A stretch of 64,000 nt of DNA. It comes from a virus. The stretch is from positions 1 to 64,000 of IMG/VR virus record IMGVR_UViG_3300031673_008942; one strand, written 5' to 3'. Both the position numbers and the translations under genes were made by a program. The stretch's first letter is position 1, and every line of letters starts with the position of its first letter. This document shows positions 11,082 through 21,500 of the stretch, piece after piece. The notes beneath the pieces were generated by a model. That model was not told where the DNA came from. It saw only the letters and a list, made by a program, of their open reading frames with translations, and made no database searches.

Positions 11082-12184
11082 TGAGTAAGCGTAAAAGACT
11101 TACAGAACGTGAGGCTGCTACTCGTGACCCGGCATATCCGGGCACAGTGAATCAGCCAGACCGTCAATTCAAGCGTGATAACCAGTATGATAACTGGGAT
11201 GAAACCTTAAATCACCCAACACCAGATATGCGTCATGATTGGCAAGATAATCCTCGTGATGGAATCGGTTTTGGGATTCCTAAAGATAATGGCGGCGAAG
11301 TAATTGTTGACCCAATTACGAAACGTGCCCCAGCTCCATCTCAGGATGGTGGTGATGGACAAGGAGCTCCAACTGTTGCATCTGCAAAGATTGCTGCAAG
11401 TAAAGCTGTTCGTCTTTCTTTCTTACTTCTCGGAGAAAAAGTTCCTGAAGCTGTTGTTGAAGACCAAGCTCGTGATTTCATGGCTATGGGTCAAGACACT
11501 TTAGACCGAACTCTTGCTCGCTTCGCTGACACTCAAAAGTTTTATGCTGAAGAAGAGGTGGAAGAGGAAGAGGAAGTGGTTGAAGCTTCTGATAAGAAAG
11601 CTGCTGATGAAGCCGAAGAAAAGGCTGAAGAAAAGGCTGCTGAAACTATTCAAGAAGAAACAGAAGAAGAAGCCAAGAAAGAAAAAGAAGCTTCTAAAAA
11701 CCCTGACTTCGAAACTGCCGTTGCTGAAAAAGTCGCAGCCATGAAGAAGGCTGAGGATGAAGAGGCGGAAGAAAAAGAAGACGAAAAGACAGCAGCAGAA
11801 AGCAAAGAAGCCTTCGATGCAAGGGTTCAAGCTGAAGTTGATAAAAGAATTGCAGCCAATAAAAAGGCTGAAGATGAAGATGAAAAAGAAGATGATGGTG
11901 ATTCCAAGGAAGCTTCCATCGCTTTAAGCGGGCCGAATGAAATGGACATTGAGCTTTCAGCTTCAATGGATGATGTGGATATCGACCCGGAAACCAACAA
12001 CTTGTTGCAAGCAGCCATTTTTGGAGCTGACGAGCCAGAACTCCCTCAAATGAAGGAGGCGTCTGAAAAGCAAGGTGTTACTAAATTAGGTGGACAGCCT
12101 AAAGTTGCTAGCGATAGCAGTGGAAAAGCTGACATCAGTTCTATCTGGGCACAAGCTCCAGATGTAAGTCAAATCTTTAACTAA
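11081..12184 (+). CDS. Scaffolding protein
   Basis: Long E/K/A-rich helical region; located between protease and decoration/capsid genes. Confidence 0.65.
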   Translation: MSKRKRLTEREAATRDPAYPGTVNQPDRQFKRDNQYDNWDETLNHPTPDMRHDWQDNPRDGIGFGIPKDNGGEVIVDPITKRAPAPSQDGGDGQGAPTVASAKIAASKAVRLSFLLLGEKVPEAVVEDQARDFMAMGQDTLDRTLARFADTQKFYAEEEVEEEEEVVEASDKKAADEAEEKAEEKAAETIQEETEEEAKKEKEASKNPDFETAVAEKVAAMKKAEDEEAEEKEDEKTAAESKEAFDARVQAEVDKRIAANKKAEDEDEKEDDGDSKEASIALSGPNEMDIELSASMDDVDIDPETNNLLQAAIFGADEPELPQMKEASEKQGVTKLGGQPKVASDSSGKADISSIWAQAPDVSQIFN

Positions 12185-12198
12185 GGAGGAAACGAGTT

Positions 12199-12693
12199 AT
12201 GAGTTTAACTATCTTAATTCGTGCTCAACTAAGTTCTATTCCTGTGCTCTCTGATGAGTGTTTCACGAAGCAGAACTACGGTGTTAATACTAACACCACG
12301 TTGAGCGTCAACACCCCTCGTGGTGTTCTCGGCGGGTCCGTCGCAGGTGTGTCAGCAGGGTTGGATTATACTGCTGTTCCTTGTACTGATGTTCTTCAGC
12401 CTATGGGTCTGTTTGTTAACGATGCAGCCGGTGCTGCATTTGAGAACAGTCCAGCAGTTGCTAGCGGTAAGATTGCTATCATGAAGGGTCAAGCTTCAGT
12501 AGAAGTTGACGTGTTCGAAACCGAAAATGCTGCGGCAAGTGCAGATTTAGTCTACGCTGTAGGCAATGACCTGTATTGCTCTGCTCAGGGTTTCTTAACT
12601 AATGAAGTAAGCACGAATGGAACCAAAATCGGTCTTTTGACCAAGGCTCCTTCTACTTCTTCTCCAACCCTTGGGCTCGACGAGCGCATCTAA
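12199..12693 (+). CDS. Head decoration/cement protein
   Basis: GLFVNDAAG...SGKI...YAVGNDLYCSAQGFLT..IG pattern; immediately before the MCP. Confidence 0.65.
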   Translation: MSLTILIRAQLSSIPVLSDECFTKQNYGVNTNTTLSVNTPRGVLGGSVAGVSAGLDYTAVPCTDVLQPMGLFVNDAAGAAFENSPAVASGKIAIMKGQASVEVDVFETENAAASADLVYAVGNDLYCSAQGFLTNEVSTNGTKIGLLTKAPSTSSPTLGLDERI

Positions 12694-12709
12694 CCAGGAG
12701 GATATTCAA

Positions 12710-13567
12710 ATGGTAGACAATCAAACCAAAAATGAAATCATCTCTCAGCATATCCGTACAGGTGCAGGTCGTGCCCGTCTTGCTGCAAGTATGATTCAGC
12801 CGTTACGTCGTCGTCGTGATTACACGTCTGTCGGTCGTAAAGCTTTTTATGTAGAAAGCTTGCCAGATGGTGCTTTGCCAATTTATGACAAAGACCCAAA
12901 CATTACCGCTTATGTGGTAGGCGAAGAAGGCGAAAACATCGTTGCGGTTGCGAAACCAAAACGTGTGCTTTTTCCTCTTTTCGAAATCGCATCTAACCCA
13001 GAAATTCAGTTGACTGAAATCAAGCAGCGTCGTTTTGACCTGATTGAGCGTTCGGTTGACCTCGGTAAGTCTGAGATTCAGGCTGAAGAAGACCGTAAGG
13101 TTTTTGCCGTGATGGATGCTCTGTCAGCAGACCCAACTAACCCGAATCCTGCGATTCCGGTTACTGGTAACCTGACTGCAAATGCTCTGGCGGATGCTTT
13201 CGCTAACATTGAGCGTAGCGATATTCGTGTTGCTACTGTATTTCTTAATGCCAAGGATTATGCTGACCTACGTAAGTGGGACCGTGATACTCTTGACATT
13301 GAGACTCAAGCAGTATTGCTAAAGACTGGTCTTATGGCTACTCTTTGGGGTGCTAAACTCATGGTGAGTCGTATCGTTCCTGAAGGAACTGTATACGTTT
13401 GCGGTGAAGCAGAATTCTTCGGTCGTATTCCGGTACGTACTGAGTTGACTGTACTTAGTGCGGATGACCCAAAGAACCGTCTGATTGGTTTCAGCATGTT
13501 CGAACAAATTGGAATTGGGGCCTATAACCCCTTCAGTTTGCAGGTCCTTAATATTACTAGAGTTTAA
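12710..13567 (+). CDS. Major capsid protein (HK97 fold, compact/encapsulin-like)
   Basis: AGGAGG RBS before ATG 12710; EIQAEEDRKVF, VFLNAKDYADLRKW and LWGAKLMVSRIVPEGTVYV motifs; strong codon bias; followed by a terminator. Confidence 0.85.
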   Translation: MVDNQTKNEIISQHIRTGAGRARLAASMIQPLRRRRDYTSVGRKAFYVESLPDGALPIYDKDPNITAYVVGEEGENIVAVAKPKRVLFPLFEIASNPEIQLTEIKQRRFDLIERSVDLGKSEIQAEEDRKVFAVMDALSADPTNPNPAIPVTGNLTANALADAFANIERSDIRVATVFLNAKDYADLRKWDRDTLDIETQAVLLKTGLMATLWGAKLMVSRIVPEGTVYVCGEAEFFGRIPVRTELTVLSADDPKNRLIGFSMFEQIGIGAYNPFSLQVLNITRV

Positions 13568-13605
13568 CGTAACAAACGTATAAATTCTATTAGGATACAA
13601 GACTT

Positions 13606-13638
13606 AAGCCCCCTTCATTAATTTGAAGGGGGTTTTTT
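13606..13638 (+). terminator. Rho-independent terminator after the MCP
   Basis: AAGCCCCCTTCA-ttaatt-TGAAGGGGGTTTTTT. Confidence 0.85.
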
Positions 13639-13670
13639 ATTGCCATGTTATTCAGGTAGAGCATGATGTG

Positions 13671-14102
13671 ATGGGTCGTTGGAATCAAATAGAGCCAATG
13701 GTCTGTGCTTGGATAGGTAAGGCCATCAAGGATATTAATGAGAATCCTATATGGAGGAAGTCTACTTCCTCGAAGGTAGATAAGCGTAAGGCTTCCTTGG
13801 AGTGTCCTTTTGGAAGCGGTAGGAAGTTTAAAACCCAGAAGAGCTTGGATAGGTGGTTGGAAAGTCCTGCTAATTATTATCGAGATGAATGTATTGAGGG
13901 GCATGATTATGTAGTATGCCAGATATGTAATGGGCGTTTTCAGAAGTTGACAGAGCATTTGAGGAAATTCCATGAGATATCCAAGGATAGATATAATGCC
14001 CAGTTTCCTGATTCCCAGACTGTTGCGGGCTCTATAAGCGAGGCTGTTTCAAGGAGTTGTAGTGAAAATCCAAGAAGAGGCGGTCAAATAAAAAATGGAT
14101 AA
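13671..14102 (+). CDS. C2H2 (ROS/MUCR-like) zinc-finger protein
   Basis: CQIC..RFQKLTEHLRKFH.ISKDRY..QFP; the listed TTG start lies inside the terminator, so ATG 13671 is preferred. Confidence 0.5.
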   Translation: MGRWNQIEPMVCAWIGKAIKDINENPIWRKSTSSKVDKRKASLECPFGSGRKFKTQKSLDRWLESPANYYRDECIEGHDYVVCQICNGRFQKLTEHLRKFHEISKDRYNAQFPDSQTVAGSISEAVSRSCSENPRRGGQIKNG

Positions 14103-14197
14103 AAATGGAATAGTACAAGGAAATTTCCGTAATTTTGATGAGAAAATGCTATATGTTAATGTAGATGTTAATAAAGCTAATCAAAATAAAGGATAAT

Positions 14198-15493
14198 ATG
14201 ATGAAAATGCTGTTTATTGTAATGACGTGGGGTGCCCTTTGGGGGATTCCCTTACTTGGGGTTGAGAAACCCGAAAAAACTATCTCTAAGTATGCTCCTC
14301 GTTTGGGTTGCAACATTCTTAATAAGGATGTCGAATCTGCGAAGGGGCTTGCCATGTTAAGGTTGGGCGGATTGTTGAATCCGAAGAATAATACATTCTT
14401 ACTGGCTATGGCATATTTAGAGAAAGGTAGTGCTCCCAAGGCATCAGAGAAGGTGGATGAGAAGAAGTTCCTTGCTTATGTGCTGAAGAGGGCAGAGGAA
14501 TTGCGAAGAAAGAAGTCAGGCAAAGATAAGATATTGGCGTTGACTTATTACAAAGTGCTTCAGACCTTTGATTATGATAAGGATAAGGTTTTGTTGGGGA
14601 TTATGAAGTTGAAGGTCTCAGGGGTTGAGGGTGAGCTTAATGACTTGCTGAATCAGGAGATTAAGGCGAAGCCTAAAACTGTGGTTGCCAAAAAAGATGA
14701 GTCAGAGCCTGAGCCTGAATTGGGTTTAGTTGCTAGAGTTTGGAATGGGCGTTTATGGGTATCCTCGTCTGAAGAGGTTATAATTAAAAAGAGCCGAAAT
14801 CGCTTTATGGTTGAGAATAAAACAACTGCAAAGAGCAACAAGCAAAGTCTCGGACAGATTGCGGTTGGCATTAAGAGCCCAATCCGAGGAGATTTTAAGT
14901 TTTCCCTTTCAGCAAAGAATATAATTGCTGTTGGGGTCTTCCCGTATTCAGGAGCAGATAGAAATAATCTTGGTTGGGTAAAGATTGGCAGTTCCTCGAA
15001 GAAGTGCCAGTTCAGCCGAGTTTCTGGAAAATATAGTTTTTTTGTAGATGGTAAAAGTTCAAAGATTATTGATTTTGGAGATTCGGGAGATGAGGTCTTT
15101 GTGGCCTTTGCTGTAGCAAATGGCAAGAGGGCTGATATTTCTGATTTGAAGATTGAGCAAGGCTCTAAGGTAGGAGCTATTAAGTTTGGCAAAAACTATT
15201 ACAAGCGTATCCCCCTTCAGATGTCATGGGCTGATGCAAAGGCTTATTGCGAGTCGGTGGGCGGTCATTTGGCGACTATTACCTCCAAGAGAGAGAATGA
15301 CTTTATTTATAAGAATTGGGGGCAAGTTCATTCATGGATAGGGGCTACAGTGGTAAAAGGTAAAGCGGCATGGATAACAGGTGAGAAATCTAGTTACCAT
15401 GCTTGGTATCCCAAGTTTAAGAAAACTGAAGGAAGGCAAAACAGCCATGGCTTCATTGAAATAAGTCGAATAATTCATGGATACTCAAAATAA
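14198..15493 (+). CDS. Signal-peptide protein with C-terminal, apparently truncated, C-type lectin domain
   Basis: Hydrophobic N-terminus; SWADAKAYCESVGGHLATITSKRENDFI...WIG..W..GE is a CTLD signature. Confidence 0.7.
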   Translation: MMKMLFIVMTWGALWGIPLLGVEKPEKTISKYAPRLGCNILNKDVESAKGLAMLRLGGLLNPKNNTFLLAMAYLEKGSAPKASEKVDEKKFLAYVLKRAEELRRKKSGKDKILALTYYKVLQTFDYDKDKVLLGIMKLKVSGVEGELNDLLNQEIKAKPKTVVAKKDESEPEPELGLVARVWNGRLWVSSSEEVIIKKSRNRFMVENKTTAKSNKQSLGQIAVGIKSPIRGDFKFSLSAKNIIAVGVFPYSGADRNNLGWVKIGSSSKKCQFSRVSGKYSFFVDGKSSKIIDFGDSGDEVFVAFAVANGKRADISDLKIEQGSKVGAIKFGKNYYKRIPLQMSWADAKAYCESVGGHLATITSKRENDFIYKNWGQVHSWIGATVVKGKAAWITGEKSSYHAWYPKFKKTEGRQNSHGFIEISRIIHGYSK

Positions 15494-15544
15494 TGTAATG
15501 GATGGGGTATAATCTATAACAACATTATTTTGAGGAATTCATGA

Positions 15545-16657
15545 ATGATACCATTATTTAAAGTTTTTATGTCGGAGCAGGCAGTCCAAGCCTCCTCTGA
15601 AGTGCTTCAGAGCGGATACATCGGTCAAGGTCAGAAGGTAGAAGAGTTTGAGTCTGTCCTCTCTGATTATATGAGGCATCCTGTGGTAACCACGAATTCA
15701 GGGACTTCTGCCCTCCATCTGGCTCTCCATATGGCAAAAGGTGATGAGCCTGATATCGAGGTTCTCACCACTCCCCTTACTTGTACGGCAACCAATTGGC
15801 CTATTCTTGCCAACGGCTTGAGCCTGAAGTGGGTTGATATTGACCCAACCACGATGAATATGGATATGGATGACCTTCGTTCTAAGATTACTTCCAAGAC
15901 CAAGATAATTATGGTTGTTCATTGGGGAGGATATCCTGTTGACCTGGATGAGCTCGAAAAGATAAAAAATGAGACAGAGGAGAAGTATGGCTTTCGTCCC
16001 ATTGTGATTGAAGACTGTGCTCATGCTTTTGGAGGGGAATATTATGGGGAGAAGATAGGAACTACTCATGGTAATTTCTGTGCGTTCAGCTTCCAGGCAA
16101 TCAAGCATTTGACTGCAATTGATGGTGGAATGCTTTTGATGCCAGAGGAATATCACTCCCGTGCGAAGTTATTGAGATGGTATGGTATTGACCGAGAGAC
16201 CAATTCTAAGGATTTTCGCTGCGAGGCAGACGTTAAGGAGTGGGGTTTCAAGTTTCATATGAATGATGTCTGCGCATCAGTAGGGATTGCCAATATGAGG
16301 CATATTGTTTGGAATGTCTCTGTTCATCAAAGGAATGCTTCTTTTTATGATGAGAACTTGTCTGATGTTGATGGTGTTAGCCTTTTGAAGAGAGATTCAG
16401 AGGTAGATTCTTCTTATTGGATTTACAGCATGTTGGTCGAAGACCGAGATGGTTTCATGGCTAAGATGAAAGAATGTGATATTATGGTTAGCCAAGTTCA
16501 TGAGCGAAATGACATCCATACCTGTGTGAGTGAATATCGAGATGAGCTTCCTCAATTAGATTCTGTAATTGGCAAGTTGGTATCTATTCCTGTTGGGTGG
16601 TGGGTAGCCGAGGAAGACACAAAGTATATTGTGGATTGTATAAAAAGTGGTTGGTAA
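15545..16657 (+). CDS. DegT/DnrJ/EryC1/StrS PLP sugar aminotransferase
   Basis: NSGTSALHLAL, IEDCAHAFG, FSFQAIKHLTAIDGG. Confidence 0.92.
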   Translation: MIPLFKVFMSEQAVQASSEVLQSGYIGQGQKVEEFESVLSDYMRHPVVTTNSGTSALHLALHMAKGDEPDIEVLTTPLTCTATNWPILANGLSLKWVDIDPTTMNMDMDDLRSKITSKTKIIMVVHWGGYPVDLDELEKIKNETEEKYGFRPIVIEDCAHAFGGEYYGEKIGTTHGNFCAFSFQAIKHLTAIDGGMLLMPEEYHSRAKLLRWYGIDRETNSKDFRCEADVKEWGFKFHMNDVCASVGIANMRHIVWNVSVHQRNASFYDENLSDVDGVSLLKRDSEVDSSYWIYSMLVEDRDGFMAKMKECDIMVSQVHERNDIHTCVSEYRDELPQLDSVIGKLVSIPVGWWVAEEDTKYIVDCIKSGW

Positions 16658-17913
16658 TGGATATAGAATTTGTAAGTGTTACTCAGGATGATGCAGGGTT
16701 TATTTTAGAGATTAGGAATCATCCTGATACTATTAAATATCTTCATACTCGTGATGAGTATACTGTTGAGGAGTTTAAAAAGTGGCATGAGGAGACCTCC
16801 CCAGAATGGCTTTTGATTGTTGATAAAGATATTGATAAGCCAGTTGGGTATGTGAGGACTTCTGAGCGTACCGATTATGAGTTGATGGTGGGAATTGATA
16901 TTCATATGGATTATCGTCGCCAAGGCTATGCCACTGCTGCCTATAAGAAATTGTTTTATATATTAAAAGCTAAGATGTACAGGTCTGTTAATCTTGAGGT
17001 GTTTGATTATAATCCTGCGTTGGAGCTTTATAAGAAGTTGGGATTTGGGGTATGTTTCTCTAATGAGATAGAGTTTGGTAAGTCGATAACAATGACTAAG
17101 CCTCTTGCCAATCTTACTGAAAAAGGTGTTAAGGTTATCTCTTTATGGTTTGGGGATAGAAGGAGGGAAGGAAGGGGGACTAAAGACCCCAATGAGACTT
17201 TGCAGATGTTAAAGTATTGGTGGTCGAAGGAGAAGGAACTCGATTATGGGTACCCTATGGATATTTTATTAGTTCATCCAATGCCTTTACCTGGTGATAA
17301 CATAGGCAAACATGAGGACTATGTGGCGTGTTTAAAGTATGTTCAAGAGCTCCACGGAGAGTCTACGGCTAATGGTAAGGTGATGGTTCATCATCGTTTT
17401 AATATTGGTCTTTCTTTTGGGTCATTTGATTTTGCTTTTAAGGAATTTTGTGCTGAGTATGATTACTGGCTATTTTGCGAGGATGACCAGATTATTTTAA
17501 AGGACAATATTCTGAGTGATTCTATTGAGATGTTGAAGAGGATTGATATGAAGTCAGTATCAGGAGGGCCTTTGGGATTTGTAGCTACCGTGGGTGCTGT
17601 AGATGATGTTCTTGGATGGCATGCGCATGGTGCCTGTGGGACGACGACAAGAGAGATATTGAAGCTGGTATGGGAGAGCAATTATTCAGAGCTTTTGGGT
17701 AGGGGCCACTTGCCTTATTTTCATACCGATGAACGTGGGGCTAATCGGAGGCATGAGATTGAGGGTGAGGTTCGTTTTACGAATTTGATTGTCAAATTGG
17801 GGTTTGGCTTGAGTACGATACTGGAGACTAAGTTTTTGGTTGGCTGGATGGAGGAGAGACAGCGTTATCCAAGGCGTTTTATTTCTTGGGATGAGAGCAT
17901 GATTGGAGAATAA
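16657..17913 (+). CDS. GNAT N-acetyltransferase fused to a glycosyltransferase-like domain
   Basis: GIDIHMDYRRQGYA and N.ALELYKKLGF (GNAT); NIGLSFGSF..YWLFCEDD in the C-terminal half; TAATG coupling at 16657. Confidence 0.7.
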   Translation: MDIEFVSVTQDDAGFILEIRNHPDTIKYLHTRDEYTVEEFKKWHEETSPEWLLIVDKDIDKPVGYVRTSERTDYELMVGIDIHMDYRRQGYATAAYKKLFYILKAKMYRSVNLEVFDYNPALELYKKLGFGVCFSNEIEFGKSITMTKPLANLTEKGVKVISLWFGDRRREGRGTKDPNETLQMLKYWWSKEKELDYGYPMDILLVHPMPLPGDNIGKHEDYVACLKYVQELHGESTANGKVMVHHRFNIGLSFGSFDFAFKEFCAEYDYWLFCEDDQIILKDNILSDSIEMLKRIDMKSVSGGPLGFVATVGAVDDVLGWHAHGACGTTTREILKLVWESNYSELLGRGHLPYFHTDERGANRRHEIEGEVRFTNLIVKLGFGLSTILETKFLVGWMEERQRYPRRFISWDESMIGE

Positions 17914-18548
17914 TGATGAATAAGATTCATGATTCAGCTATTGTTGAAGACAGTGTCGAAATTGGAGAGGACAATTATATTGGACCTTATTGCCATATAA
18001 GTGGTAACACTGTTATTGGCAATGGGAATAGATTTGAGGGTTTTTGTTCGATTGGTTCTCCACCAGAGAATAGGGGTTTTTTTGAAGGAAGCCCTAAAAG
18101 AACTGTGATAGGGAATGAAAATGTCTTTAGGGAGTTTGTCACTATTAATGCTGGGACCTTAGAGGACACGCTTATTGGAGATGACAATATATTCTTGAAG
18201 GGGAGCCATGTGGGGCATGATAGCATTCTTGAAAATGGAATTGTATTGAGCTGTAGTGTTTCACTGGCTGGGTTTACGTATGTTATGAGTGGAGCTAATT
18301 TTGGTTTAAACTCGGCTTGTCACCAGTTTAGTGTTATCGGGGCGTATGCAATGATTGGAATGGGAGCGATGGTAGGAAGGAACAAGAAAATAGAGCCGGG
18401 TAAGATTTATGTAAAAAATCCTATAAAATTCTTAAAAATTAATAGGGTTGGGCTGTCAAAAAACGGCATAGGAAATGATGAGCTGGAGAGTTTAAATAGA
18501 AAATATTTAGAGGTAAGATTAATCTATTTGGAAAAACAGAATGGTTAA
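17913..18548 (+). CDS. LpxA-like left-handed beta-helix acyltransferase
   Basis: Hexapeptide repeats; FREFVTINAGT, SHVGHD and HQFSVIGAYAMIG motifs. Confidence 0.8.
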   Translation: MMNKIHDSAIVEDSVEIGEDNYIGPYCHISGNTVIGNGNRFEGFCSIGSPPENRGFFEGSPKRTVIGNENVFREFVTINAGTLEDTLIGDDNIFLKGSHVGHDSILENGIVLSCSVSLAGFTYVMSGANFGLNSACHQFSVIGAYAMIGMGAMVGRNKKIEPGKIYVKNPIKFLKINRVGLSKNGIGNDELESLNRKYLEVRLIYLEKQNG

Positions 18549-18550
18549 AT

Positions 18551-21500
18551 ATGGGAGATTTTAAATTATCCATAGTGATGCCTTGCTGGAAAAGACCGTT
18601 TTTAGAGAAGGTGCAAATATATAGTATTACTCATCAAACAATGGATGGGTGGGAGGCATTTATTATTGGAGATGGATGCGATTTATTTGAAAGCCTTATT
18701 TTAGAAGACAAGGATATCTTAAGATGGATAGAAGAGGCAGAAAGTCGTGGTAATAGAATTGTATTGGAGAATCAGGAGCATCATGGTGGATACGGTTATG
18801 CGGTTACGAATCGAGCCGTTAGAGAGTCTCAAGGTGAATATTTTATTTTTACTGGTGATGATGATTTTTTATATCCTAGTCATTTTGAAAATTATTATAA
18901 CAGCATAAAAGAAAGAGGAGTCGATTTACTCTTCAAGGCGACGATGGTGGGTGGTCCTAGAGAGGTGCGTAGTCCGCTTGTAAAAAAAGGCGATATTGGA
19001 CATTCTGAGATGATAGTGAGGACTTCTTTTCTTAAGAACGTTCCTCCTCATGATAGCAGTGATGTTCATGATTGGAAGATTATTAATAGTGTTATGAAGT
19101 CTGGAGCAATATCTGAAATTGATGAATCTGAGGAGATAACTTATTGGGTCCGATATATACATAATGTAGACTGGGACGGCTTAAGGAATTTTGATAATAC
19201 TGATACTGAATTTGTTTTAAAGATGTATGAGTGTTTAAGTCATGATGGGCGTGGCTTTGATGAGACTAAAGATTATATATTTAATAATTTAGGGAAAGAT
19301 AGGGAGGTTTATAGGGATGACCCTTCAGAGGTATTGTGCGAAAATACAGCCTGTGGGAGAACGCTGGTTAGTTATTCCTATGTAGAACGAGATATTTCAG
19401 TGACTAATTTAAGTTTTTTTATTAAAAATGGATTATCTGATAGAATTACTTATTGCTTTATCATTCAAGGGTATAGGTGTAGTGTGGATATCCCAGATTT
19501 GCCCAATGTATATATTATAAGGCGTCCTAATAAGGGTTATGATTATGAGGCTTATGGGGTGGCTTTAGAGTCATTTAATTTGGATGATTTTGATTATTTC
19601 ATATTTATGAATTGTGGAGTTGTCGGTCCGTTTTTGCCTGCCTATGGGTCGAGGGATTGGTGGGTATATTTTTCTGATAAGATGAATAATAGTGTGAAGT
19701 TGGTGGGTTCCAGTATTATCAGAAGAGAGGACGGGGCTCATCCTGTAGTTGAGGGGTATTTTTTTATGCTGGATAGGGTGGGGTTGGATGTAGCCTTAGA
19801 CAGTAGAGATATTTTTAAAAATCATAAAGTAAAACAGGAGGCTATTGGGGCGGAGTGGAGATTGTCTGATGTTATTTTGAAGGCAGGATATGGAATTGAC
19901 TGTATGCTTTATCGTTATCAGGGATTGGATTGGAAAAATAAGGAAAACTGGAAGTATGATATGCCTAGTCGAGAGGGAGGGTATGATGGAGTAAATATTA
20001 GTCCATTCGAAGTTATTTTTCACAAGTCTTCTTGGCTGGCGGATGCGAAGTATTTAGATAAATATATAAAGTGGAGTGCTGAGAGGAATGAGCCAAGAGG
20101 TCTTCCTCGTATTTATAACCATAATATTGATTCAAGGAAAATAGCTGTATTGGTATCCACTCGAAATTTTAGAGATGACTTCATTAGGAAGATGGAGCTT
20201 TTCCTTAGTATGGCTTCTAAGGTCTACATTTATAAGAGCGTTGAGCCAGTTGATGACTGGGAAGAAAAGATGGAAGAGATTTGCCAACAAAATAGTTTGG
20301 CGAGCACCTCTTTGATTGAGTACCTTGATTTTAACCTAGATGATGGGGAGAGTACAAGCACTCTAGAAAAGAACTGGTCTTTGTCAAAGATAGAGATGGA
20401 AGGATATGAATGGGTGTGGCTTGGTGATACGGACTGCAATTATGGAGTTGGTCTTAACTGGGAGAAAGCGTGGGAGTGGTTTTTGCAGGTAACGGATGAG
20501 AATGAAGGATTGGATGGGTCTACCCATGAGGGGAAGCCTGTGATATTTAGAACTTCCATGCGGTTTGGAGAAGAGGGTAATTTTGTTGCTATTCCTCATG
20601 AAGCTTTTCTAGACAAGAAGAAGCCTGACGAGGTGGCGATTAATGGTAAGATTTTAGTTTGCTATTGTTATATAGAAAGGGAAGATGCTACTGATAATTT
20701 ACGTTTCTTTTTAGAGAATGCTATTTATGAGGATGTAACTTATTGTTTTGTTATTCAGGGGTATCAGTGTAGTGTAAGTATCCCTAATCTGCCAAACATT
20801 CATATCATAAGACGAGAGAATAAAGGTTTTGATTTTGGCTCTTATAAGGCTTCTTTGGATTATTTTGACTCAAGAGATGATTTTGATTATTTTGTGTTTA
20901 TGAATTGTGGGGTGTTGGGTCCATTTATGCATTCTGGAATTGGGGGTAATTGTTTTGAGCCTTTTGTTAATAAAATTAATGACAGGGTTAAGCTGGTTGG
21001 AACGAGCATTGCTATGAGCAAATATCACAGAAATGATTGTCATCCCTATGTTGAAAGTTTTTTCTTTGTTGTGGACGGGATAGGGCTTGCGCAGATATCT
21101 GAGGTTTTTAGTAGTGAATTTACCGAGCCATCTCAAGCGGTCATGGGGGGCGAGGTTGAGATGTCTAAATTGGTTTTAGATTCTGGGTATGATATTGATT
21201 GTATGCTGTATCGGTATCAGGGAAGGGATTGGAGGAATGCTTCAAGGTCTCATGCTATGCCTGCCTTGGAGGGTGGATATGATGGAACAAGTGTTTCACC
21301 TTTAGAGGTTATATTTCATAAGCCGTATTGGAGGAATGCGCAAGGGAACGACCCAAATTATTGTAATAAGGAGATGGTTAACAAATATTTAAAATGGACA
21401 GATGGGAGAGCTCCGATAAGGCTTTCTGGCGTAGGTCGAAGAGAAGATTTGGGCTTATATTTGGAGTGCCATCATCCCCGTGGAATAGGAGTAGAGGTTG

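Noticed and set aside
13623-14102. Homing endonuclease call for the Zn-finger ORF
   Set aside because: No HNH, GIY-YIG, LAGLIDADG or PD-(D/E)xK motif visible
15504-15513. GGGGTATAAT (also at 59526) as a distinct promoter class
   Set aside because: Only two exact copies, one inside a terminator hairpin, with no properly spaced -35; insufficient support
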